Positions 55,206 through 63,947 of a stretch of DNA of 63,947 bases are shown piece by piece (within the stretch, counting starts at the first letter, position 1; each line of letters begins with the position of its first letter). The position numbers and the translations under genes were made by a program. The stretch is from Chiloscyllium plagiosum (Eukaryota), in assembly GCF_004010195.1 (NCBI RefSeq), contig NC_057749.1, forward strand, positions 19,213,538-19,277,484. Direction: 5' to 3'. A model generated the notes under the pieces. That model searched no databases. It was given only the letters and a program-made list of their open reading frames with translations, and had not been told where the DNA came from.

Positions 55206-56942
55206 AAATGGACAACAAGGAACTTGAATCAACATCTACAATCGAAGTCCAATCTTCTTCGATCACAAACTTCCACTCTCACACTGACAGTCAGACACAG
55301 TTAAGGAATAAATTTATACAAACTGCATTAAGTTGTCCATTTGATAAGCATTTCAATGATAAATAATAGGTCTTTAGGAAATCCTGACATGATGTGTTAT
55401 ATTATAGGCACATATGATTGTGTCTCTTGCTTGATTTCCAAAGTCACTGGTCAATGCAAACAGCTTCCACAGACATCTGGGGCATTTCACTTACTTATTA
55501 AAACTGGAATTCTTTTCTCAGAATTTTTAACAAATTGATAACAGCCGAATAACTCAAGACAACAAAACCGACAAACAGCTTCCTAGTCTGGCAGTTTCTA
55601 AAGCAAAACTGTGCGCTGCCCAAGGCCCCACTGAGAGCTTGTTCAGTCTTTGATTTTAGTTTTTCAATATTTTCTGCGGTTGGCTAGTCAGCACCAGTCC
55701 TCCCTTGATTGATCAATTCTGCATCCAATCAGCTGCCAGTCCTTGAGCATAACAGCATCTTGGTACTGCTCTGTCTGTAGTGTCATTCCAGCAGTAATTA
55801 ATTAGCATTATCTTTCCAGGCTAGTTCCCATCAGCAAACATCAGTCTTTTGGTCTCTTCCCAAAAATTAAAGAAAAATAGTGATGATCTCACATGGAACT
55901 TGCAAGACTGACACCTAACAACATTCAGCTCCATCATTCAGAGCTGCTGCAATTTCCATTCTGTGCACTTGCCCTACACTATCTGAGCTGGTTTCTCCTT
56001 TTTGTGTATACTTTATATACCCATGTAGTGGTTTGGTTACTTATTGTAACCAGTTAATGGTTAATGATTGCTGGGGGTGAAGGAGAGAAGGTTATTCTAA
56101 GCTCTTAAAGTATTTGGTATGAAATTATTGTAAAGATTAACTTTTTTTAGTTTACTTTATTTGTGATTGTGGATTTAACAGGAAAACAGAGACTGAGGAA
56201 GGAATAGCTATACACTTCAAGTAAGTTACTGAAAGACTTTGTAAGTTGTGTTTATACTGTTGCTGGGGGAATGTGTAACAGGGGACGGCATGCCTCCAGC
56301 TTATGTATACAAAGTGAGATTCAACTGGCAACAGATTGCTGATTAGTTTGTGAAGCTGTGACCAGTTGTGGATGACAAAGACCACCAATTATCTTAGATT
56401 GGCTTAGAATCATAGAGTAGAGAAGAGGCTCTTCGGCCCATCAAACAACAGTGCTAATGGGTAACTGAACAACTTGTAGGTGTGAGCCAACACTGAAAGA
56501 AGGCTTCAGAATGCTTAAACCAATTGGCATCTCTCTCCAATAAAATACTTCAAGTCTGAAGAAAGCCGGTTCATTATCTCCCACCAGTTGCTATAAGCTG
56601 TTGTTTTCAAATCAATAAGTCGGAGACTTTAAAATTTGTGAACTAGTCACTCTGTGTCTCCTGTGAGGATTTGGGAAACCGAAGGAATCCCTCCATTGAA
56701 GGGGTTTCACAGAATAACTGGCACCATTGTACTGCTTTCCCAGTATTTTTCCATCCACTCAACACCAATTTTCTTTTGTTCAATTTTGTCATTCTGTAAT
56801 TGTGTGTAGGGAATTTTAGAAGGGACCCAGAGCTTTAACTATCAGCGTTGTATGTTGACAGTTCAAAGTTGTTTACCTGTGGTTAGAATCTATTTATTTG
56901 TAGTAAATAGTAATTCTTGTACAGATCCTGGTCCATATTTAA

Positions 56943-57545
56943 GACCATAAGACATTGGAGCAGAAGTAAGGCCATTCGGCCCATCGAGTCCACTCCACCA
57001 TTCAATCATGGCTGATGGGCATTTCAACTCCACTTACCCGCATTCTCCCTGTAGCCCTTAATTCCTTGTAACATCAAGAATTTATCAATCTCTGCCTCGA
57101 AGACATTCAGCGTCCCAGCCTCCACTGCACTCTGTGGCAATGAATTCCACAGGCCCACCACTCTCTGGCTGAAGAAATGTCTCCGCATTTCATTTCTGAA
57201 TTTAGCCCCTCTAATTCTAAGGCTGTGTCCATGGATCCTAGTCTCCCCGCCTAATGGAAACAATTTCCTCGCGTCCACCCTTTCCAAGCCATGTATTATC
57301 TTGTAAGTTTCTATTAGATCTCCCCTTAATCTTCTAAACTCCAATGAATACAATCCCAGGATCCTCAGCCGTTCCTTGTATGTTAGACCTACCATTCCAG
57401 AGATCATCCATGTGAATCTTTGCTGAACACACTCCAGTGCCAGTATGTCCTTCCTGAGGTGTGGGGACCAAATTGGACACAATACTCCAAATGGGGCCCA
57501 ACCAGAGCTTTATAAAGTCTCAGTAGCACATCGCTGCTTTTATAT
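56943..57545 (-). mobile_element. CR1 3' fragment (third subfamily, little decayed)
   Basis: Open 152-aa RT C-terminus at 57024-57482; tail GTCTTATGGTCTT. Confidence 0.92.
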
Positions 57546-59252
57546 TTTATATTATATTTACAGTTAGCCCGAGTCTATCTAGCAGGTAATTTGGGCATCT
57601 TGTATACTTGGATAAAATGGTTAACTTTGTGATGACTTAGGGAATAGCAGGGCTTGACTTTTTAAAAAAGTCATGCATGAGATGAGGGCATCGTTGGCTA
57701 GGCCAGCACTAATTGCTCAGAGGCTAATTAAGAGTCGACCACATTGCTGTGGGTCTGGAGTCACATGAAGGCCAGACCAGGTAAGGATGGTAGTTTCCTT
57801 CCTAAAGGGCATTAGTGAAACAGATGGGTTTTTTCAATAATCGTCAATGGATTTGTGGTCGTCATTAGACTCTTAATTCCAGATTAATTTATTGGATTCA
57901 AATTCCACCATGTACCATGGTAGGAATTGAACCTGGGTTCCTTGGGTCTCTGCATTAACAGTCCAGTGATAATGTCACGAGGCCATCACCTTCCCTGCAT
58001 ATATATCCCGTGAGTGAGGCATGACACAGTTTGGGTATACTTGGATGCAGTATAGAAGAAACATAAACCAAATGGTGTTCTTCCTCCTGCAGCAAACTGT
58101 TTGTTTATTTAACACAAGGTGGGATATCAAAAGTAATATCTTGGTGAACTGCACTGAAAATTTGTATAATCCTACTTTATTACAGTGACAGCCACACCAG
58201 GGAGTTCCCTTGTTCTGCTACATTTGTACCCACTAAGATTTCTTCTCATATCCAGTAAAGGGTTCATGTTATGCAGGAGATTTTGGTGAAGCATAAAATT
58301 AGTTGCTTTCCTAAAGTCTGGTTTCTGTATATCCATTTGTGCTTTAGGCTACTGTCAAAGTCATGCATGGCCTCTTGCATAGTATACATAAGTTGCTCTC
58401 ACAGGATTGTGCTTTCAGGAATCCATGCTGACTTATTTTCAGGATGTTATGTTCTTCAACATAGTTTACGATGTGGATGGAAATTAAACTCTCTAATACT
58501 TTACAGGAACCTGAAATGAATGGGATTAGTATTTAATTAGCAGAAAGTGATGGGTTGTCTTTTGTAAAGATAAGACAGATGATAGTGTACAGGGTTAATA
58601 CACAGATTTGTAAATAGTAAGCTACATCAGTCAGTACGTAAGAGGCTACATGATCGAGAGACTTTGAAGAGCTATACTACGGTGCTAAGTCTAATCTTCT
58701 GAAGGCCTTAAACTCGAGCAGTTTCCTTTGGCTTATTAAGCACCCAAGCTTTTCCAAGATTACCACCACAATAATCGAGTTAGCAGTAAACCAATCTTTG
58801 GTAACCACTGCACCCCACCCTCCATACATTTACTGATAAGTTGCATAGTCCAGTATTTGTTGGTGCTAATTCTTCAACACAACCTTTCATTAAGCACACT
58901 GATGTTTTATCAGGTCCTCATGATCTATTCCCTTTGGAGTTTTAATAATCCAGTTATATCTTTGCCAAAGGCTAATATTGTTGTGCAAGGTGATGGGGGT
59001 GGGGAAGGATGTAGTGGATTGTTGATTGAACTGTGAGCTGGCCACTCATGGTGCTTATTCAGGGTTGTTGCATTCCTGTAACTATCAGATGAGTCCTTGT
59101 ACTGTTTGCAATGGGAATGTTTGAAAACAATCTATTGTGCATAACAAAGAACTAGAACTTTTGGGGTTGTGATGTTTGGTATTTATTGTATCTTGGATGT
59201 GTACGTTTTGACTTTTGTCCAGCTCCCATTCAGTATTATTTTGAAGCTTGCG

Positions 59253-59898
59253 GAAAACATTTCATTGTTTATTTTCCCTTTTTTTGGCTGAATTATAGAC
59301 TTTTGCATTTTGTCTTATATCTGAATAGGCTGGAACTTAATATTTTGTCCCATCTATGTGGCAGGTGAACTGTGTGACTCAACCTTCACAGATTCCAGTA
59401 CAGCAGTAAAATGTGGCACACTGCAATGTACATTCACATTACAGTTAGTTCCCAGCTCTTTACAAATAATAATGCTTTGTTTTACTTGGAATGTGGGATC
59501 TGACAGCATTTATGGTGGCGTTTTGTAGGGTGTCCAGTACACATCTAAGCATCTGCCTTCAACTCTCTTGCATCCAGAAAACATTTCAGTGTTTATTTTC
59601 CCTTTTTTTGGCTGAATTATAGACTTTTGCATTTTATCTTATATCTGAATAGACTGGAACTTAATATTTTGTCCCATCTATGTGGCAGGTGAACTGTGTG
59701 ATTCAACCTTCACAGATTCCAGTACAGCAGTAAAATGTGGCACACTGCAATGTACATTCACATTACAATTAGTTCCCAGCTCTTTACAAATAATAATGCT
59801 TTGTTTTACTTGGAATGTGGGATCTGACAGCATTTATGGTGGCGTTTTGTAGGGTGTCCAGTACACATCTAAGCATCTGCCTTCAACTCTCTTGCATC
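59253..59898. repeat. Tandem duplication, 2 x 324 bp, of apparently unique sequence upstream of MAN2C1
   Basis: Units start at 59253 and 59577; about five substitutions seen by eye. Confidence 0.95.
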
Positions 59899-60048
59899 AC
59901 TGACAAATCTTCCTTGCTATAGGAGTACGCTTGGCCTTTTCAAATTAACCATAACATTTTCTCTTTGATATGACTGCTGGTTATTCACTCATGCCAGGTT
60001 TGGATCATTTCAGTACTTTTAACACAAGCTGGTCAGAATGTGAGATGC

Positions 60049-60088
60049 TTGGCAACATACTCAAGTGGGTACTTGAGTATGTTGCCAA
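60049..60088. repeat. Perfect 18-bp inverted repeat with 4-nt loop
   Basis: TTGGCAACATACTCAAGT-GGGT-ACTTGAGTATGTTGCCAA. Confidence 0.97.
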
Positions 60089-60164
60089 TTGTAAAAATAT
60101 GGCTGCTGAGTGATAATAAATCTCACACAATCCAGTTATTCCATTGCCCAGGATGACAAGTAAG

Positions 60165-60540
60165 GCAGGCGTTCGTTACCAGTGGGACATCTCCATGTTG
60201 ATGGTGAGAGCCAATTGCTGGAATAGCCTGAGCGGTGGGAACAATTCAGGCCGGAACCAAGTGTCGGGGGTTCCTATGAGTTGGATTTGGGGAGATGTTT
60301 GACGCGGTGCACCATGGCCGGTTTCGTGCTGAAGAACCGCAGGACGACTCTGGAAAGAGCCGAGAAGTTCATCTCCGCCGAATATTTCACCGACATCAAC
60401 CTGCGGGGCCGGTGAGTGAACAGCGTCGGCCGCCCGGGGACTGGGCTCCGACAAACCGGCTCCTTATACCCGCCCGGGGCCCGGCGACCGGGGACAGGGG
60501 CAAATGAAGGGGCCGAATCGACCCAGTCCGTCCCGACCAA
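60165..60540. promoter_or_regulatory. CpG-island-like promoter/exon 1 region of MAN2C1
   Basis: Abrupt rise in GC and CpG content against CpG-depleted flanks; CCAAT at 60211-60215. Confidence 0.7.
60314..60411 (+). CDS. MAN2C1: MAN2C1 (cytosolic alpha-mannosidase 2C1) first coding exon
   Basis: Kozak context GCACCATGG. Encodes MAGFVLKNRRTTLERAEKFISAEYFTDINLRG(R), versus recalled human [34 protein letters not shown]. Donor CG|gtgagt, CpG-rich surroundings, and the same order and orientation relative to SIN3A as in human. Confidence 0.95.
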
Positions 60541-60697
60541 AAAAAATCCACAACAACCAGCTACACCCCCCCCCCCCCACACCCNNNNNNNNNNNNNNNN
60601 NNNNNNNNNNNNNNNNNNNNNNNNNNNNNNNNNNNNNNNNNNNNNNNNNNNNNNNNNNNNNNNNNNNNNNNNNNNNNNNNNNNNNNNNNNNNNNNNN

Positions 60698-61200
60698 TCC
60701 CGACCATAGCAATCACATACTGCCTCTCCATTATCCACATTGTTCTTTGGGTCGGATAGTTCTTTTCAAAACAAACAGTTTTATGAGAGGACATCAAGGA
60801 AGCTTGAATTCAAAATTGCTTGCATATTTGGGTTACTTATTCCTGATCATTTTACTCTCTTAAAATGAATATATTCAAGAAATATGTATCCCATCACACA
60901 CTCACCCTCATCACCAGTGTCCATCAAACCAATGAAAGGGGTTGAAGAATAAAATCAGTATTGATTGCAGTATCCGTCTGGATTGTAAGGAGTTTAACAA
61001 AAGCAGCTGACCTCAACCTGCAGGACTGAATCCAGAGTCTTCAGCCATTCAAGCAGCTGGCACTCAATAGTAGCTGAAGTTAATTTATCTTGCCTGACCA
61101 GTTACAGGCATGGCAAGTTTCACAATCCAAACTGCATGGGATATGGAAAATATAGTTCTCCAGGATTGGTTGCAATAACTACAAAAAATATGTTAGATCT
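60698..61200 (+). pseudogene. Endogenous bornavirus-like nucleoprotein (N) remnant, copy 1
   Basis: 60779-60829 reads FYERTSRKLEFKIACIF (recalled BoDV-1 N: [20 protein letters not shown]). TYCLSI near 60718 matches VFLCLLI, and PVTGMASFTIQT at 61098-61133 matches PTMAGYRASTIQ. Frameshifted; the 5' end runs into the N gap. Confidence 0.75.
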
Positions 61201-61203
61201 TCA

Positions 61204-61770
61204 ATGTACTTCATGCTTCATTTGATATTATATTCTCCAAGGCAATTACTGGAGAAAAAGCAGTTCCTTGAAGTTATGTAGATATTTCCTTCTGCATCCA
61301 GGAACCATGGAGCAAGCCCGAGTTACCACACTCAGCTTAACCTGCAAAATATGTATTACATCCAGAAGTTGGAAAATAGTGTTCTTTCTTACACAAGACC
61401 TTTGCAGTCATAATTTTATGAATTCTGGTGGAGCCTGCTGGTTGAACTGAGAGCTGAATTATAACGCGATGGTTGGCAGTGCCAAGGGTGGCATGGTACT
61501 GACAGTAGCTAATACAGAAGTTGCTGTCTGGTCACAAACCATTATTGAAATGGCATGATCCCAGGAGCTAACAGCAATAACAGAGTGAAGGCAGGGCAAC
61601 GACGTTTCCTTTGCTGCCATTAATGATGGGTATTGCTGAGCCTGTACTAAAGAGATTTGCAGGCAAAAGCTCACTGTGGGAGTTGAGGAGCTCTATTGTT
61701 CACAACATAGACAGACATGAGTGGCTCTCAAATGGTGCCTTCATTTGTCCACCACTGACAAGATAATATA
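61204..61770 (+). pseudogene. Endogenous bornavirus-like glycoprotein (G-like) remnant, copy 1
   Basis: Hydrophobic start MYFMLHLILY at 61204. TTLSL matches BoDV G TTISL; EFWW/AC at 61420-61438 matches ECNWFYCC; LMMGIA matches FGTGIA; IDRHEWLSNG/PSFV at 61707-61749 matches TDTGSGWVHIGLPSFA. Motifs are collinear with large deletions between them. Confidence 0.65.
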
Positions 61771-62114
61771 ATGGTGCAGAAGGGATTGGGCTTTGCTCCT
61801 GAACTCCCCTCCACTTGGCCTGACTCATCAGAATCTTGGCAAGAGCAAATAGACGTGGAAAATTCAGCCCTGTATGTCGAGACAGTACTAAAGGTCCTCA
61901 TTGGAGACATTGGAAAATTGGTTGCCTCGTCTCCATTTGGGCCTGGAGCTCTTTAGTTGAGATACTTTGAGACGTTTCAACAAGTATAAAGTACTGAAGA
62001 AATGAATTGGTTGCATCGTATCTCCCTTTCTTTGCTCCCACACTCCAGCCTCATTACCTTGTCTTGCAAACAGCCAATGAGGGTTTTGGGGTAATAAATC
62101 ATCATCTACTGTAA
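61771..62114 (+). pseudogene. Endogenous bornavirus-like phosphoprotein (P) remnant, copy 1
   Basis: SALYVET at 61864-61884 matches BoDV P SALQVET. VLIGDIGKL matches ILGENIKIL. APTLQPHYLVLQTA from 62034 matches APMLPSH...YPQLPSA. Stop at 62112-62114. Confidence 0.6.
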
Positions 62115-62119
62115 TTGTG

Positions 62120-62402
62120 CCTTGAAACTAGTTTTACAAAACCAGCTGTCCATGGCTTGAAATACTTACTCAATGTTTCAGGTTAATAATGATGATTTTA
62201 TTGTGGATGTAGATATACGCTTAAAATGACTGAATAGCACTTTTCTGACTATTCGCAGACCAGCTGACAGTCCATAATACAAGGTCGATGGAACACTATA
62301 CACTCCAAAATCTATCATGAAAAATGTAAGTTTGAAAACAATATGTGATTAATGTTTTGTTTCATTCAGAGTAGACAAAATAGAAAGGAACTTACTTTCT
62401 AG
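62120..62402 (+). pseudogene. Endogenous bornavirus-like matrix (M) remnant, copy 1
   Basis: CPWLEI at 62147 matches BoDV M WPTLMLEI. DDFIVDVD at 62191 matches TDYFTIDVE. A QSI/YK segment matches NSLSVYK, and NV/VSFRVDKI at 62351-62382 matches NVFSYRLRNI. Confidence 0.68.
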
Positions 62403-62960
62403 GTACTTTTCAGGAAACATCACACAGCAGCGCAGGGAACACCACTCCAGGCAAAAGCATTTGCATTACTGTCTCTCTGTTATCTGCATTAGAATTAGGG
62501 CTTCAGAATGTTGGTTCAAAATATTGTATCAGGAGAGGACATCAAAGACACTTCATTGTAAGATTGCTTGCATTTTGTTATTGAAGTTTCTAAACTCTGA
62601 ATATGAATACATTCAAGAACTTGATATCCCCTTTCTGTCGCTAATCGTTATCACCAGCAACAAAGGTTTTGAAGAACAAATTCACCATCTATTGCAGTCA
62701 CCCATCTGGAGTGTGACCAGTTTCACTCAAACGGCTGAATGCAGGCTGCAGTCCTGAATTCAGAATCTTCAGTCTTTCAAGCAGCTGGCACACAATTGTG
62801 GGATGGAGCCAAATGCTTATTTAAATAACTTCATTTATCTTTTATGACCAATTGCAGGCATGGTAAGTGCGATAATCCAAACTGCGATGGAAATGAAACC
62901 TATAGTCCGTCAGGAACAACTGAAGAAATTAAAGAGTCAGTTTGATCCAAAGTGCAATTT
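62403..62960 (+). pseudogene. Endogenous bornavirus-like N remnant, copy 2
   Basis: One frame carries QQRREHH (cf. QSRRDMFH), YCLSV, LYQERTSKTLHCKIACI, LLLKFLNSEYEYIQE (cf. LLQMFNPHEAIDWING), KGFEEQIHHL (cf. KEFMDQIKLV) and PIAGMVSAIIQ...VRQEQLKKL (cf. PTMAGYRASTIQ...VKETQLARY). Two internal TGA stops; visibly homologous to copy 1 at DNA level. Confidence 0.78.
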
Positions 62961-62962
62961 AA

Positions 62963-63428
62963 TTCCTGATTAATATTGTATTTGTAGTAAAGGTTATTGC
63001 TGGAGAACCAGCAATTCCCGTGAAGTTATGTAGGCATTTCCTTCTGCATACATCCGAGAACAATGTCAAATACGCTATTTCAGGCCATAGTTAGCACATG
63101 ACGGAAACTGCTGGGCTCTGCCTCCCAAGTGTGTATTTTTTCTAGAAGTTAGATTGTGGTGGTTTTTCTAAAAAAAACAAGCCATTTGCAGTAATAATGT
63201 TGTGAATTGTGGTGGAGCCCTGCTGCTTGGACTGAGAGCTGGTGTGAATGATGGTACCACTAATGTTGGCATGCTGCTGATGTGGCCTGATCAAGAAGCT
63301 GTTGCTGGGTCACTATCCCAAGAAGGAAACGGACAAATCTAAAGAACTGATGGATCAATTGGAGCAATAGCAGAGTGGCAAACCTTTCTGTGCCACTATT
63401 AATGTTTGCAATTGCTGAGCCAATACCC
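62963..63428 (+). pseudogene. Endogenous bornavirus-like G-like remnant, copy 2
   Basis: Signal-peptide-like FLINIVFVVKVIA-GE. HTSENNV matches HTPTENV; CELWW/CC/TESWCE at 63201-63248 matches ECNWFYCCSAITTEICRC; LLMFAIAEP aligns to copy 1 LMMGIAEP. Confidence 0.68.
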
Positions 63429-63431
63429 TTT

Positions 63432-63600
63432 GATGAGGAAAAGTCAATCCTGTATGTAGAAACAGAATCCAAAACTCTTAAGTGGAGAAATTGGACAGGT
63501 TAGTTGCCCTTCTCTAATTGCCCTAAGCTCTTTACTTGAGAATTTTCTAGACTTGCAACACGTGCAAAGTATTGAAGAAATGGGTTTGTCACATCCGTCA
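63432..63600 (+). pseudogene. Endogenous bornavirus-like P remnant, copy 2
   Basis: DEEKSILYVET, GEIG, ALYLR and QHVQSIEEM align to copy 1 DVENSALYVET, GDIG, AL*LR and QQV*STEEM. Confidence 0.55.
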
Positions 63601-63605
63601 TTTCC

Positions 63606-63835
63606 ATGTTCCAGCCTGACTGTCAGTGGCTTGAAATCCTGACACTCCTATTCAATTTCTAAAAATGTTTTTATTCTGAACGTAAATGTTTGCTTCAATT
63701 GACTTAATGGCACTTGATGACCATTTGCAGCTCTGAAAATATCAACTGCTGAAAGTGCGAGGGAGCTGGTGTTCTGCTTCTCCAGAAACTAAGAAGGTCA
63801 TTGAAAAGTAAGCTGAACACAATGTGTGACTGTCT
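63606..63835 (+). pseudogene. Endogenous bornavirus-like M remnant, copy 2
   Basis: MFQPDCQWLEILT; FILNVN matches FTIDVE; MALDDHLQL matches FQIDDFLLL. DNA aligns with the copy 1 M segment. Followed by a Penelope-type short repeat from ~63840. Confidence 0.62.
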
Positions 63836-63947
63836 ACTAACAGCAAGCAGATCTGGCTGCATCTGTGGAGTGAAAGCAGAGTTAATGTTTTTCGTTGAAT
63901 GACTCATGTTCACAACTTCAGATCTCTCTGAAGAAGGGTCACTTGAC

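Noticed and set aside
58654..58837. ~60-codon stop-free + frame (SRDFEELYYGAKSNLL...)
   Set aside because: No ATG, no convincing splice sites and no recognisable homology; the length is compatible with chance.
61140..61650. Reading the duplicated unit as decayed Gypsy integrase (IVLQDW, LHPG, GIAE)
   Set aside because: The motifs are not shared by copy 2 in a consistent way and no DDE core is visible. The bornavirus N/G reading explains many more collinear positions in both copies.
61855..61905. VENSALYVETVLKVLI as the start of bornavirus M (cf. MNSKHSYVELKDKVIV)
   Set aside because: The other M motifs begin ~270 nt later, too far for M. SALYVET plus the downstream AP.L...Y segment fits P better. 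This is not fully excluded without a profile search.
62403..62530. MAN2C1 exon 2 at the ttctag|G acceptor
   Set aside because: The translation (YFSGNITQQ...) does not resemble recalled MAN2C1 exon 2 (LFGASCPV...); exon 2 is probably beyond the window.
63730..63785. Possible start of viral L (LK..LL...ELVFC vs LKNPLLGTEVSFC)
   Set aside because: It needs two frameshifts, and the DNA aligns to the M segment of copy 1. No L sequence is supported in the window.

Overview
This is vertebrate genomic DNA, most likely from a cartilaginous fish (shark), inferred from its CR1 LINEs, HE1-type V-SINEs, Deu-domain SINEs and Penelope elements. It carries the last five coding exons and 3'UTR of SIN3A (+, 10643-35035) and, after a ~23 kb transposon-filled spacer, the CpG-rich first coding exon of MAN2C1 (+, ATG 60314), the same neighbour and orientation as in human. 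The most striking feature lies just downstream of MAN2C1 exon 1 (60698-63835). It is two tandem, diverged, deletion-riddled copies of a sequence whose + strand translation gives collinear matches to four bornavirus proteins, in the order N, G-like, P, M. This would be a multi-gene endogenous bornavirus-like element with a non-canonical gene order. All protein identifications rest on hand translation and recalled reference sequences, with no database search. Exon boundaries were checked base by base; repeat boundaries are approximate. There are two assembly gaps (46862-47200 and 60585-60697).
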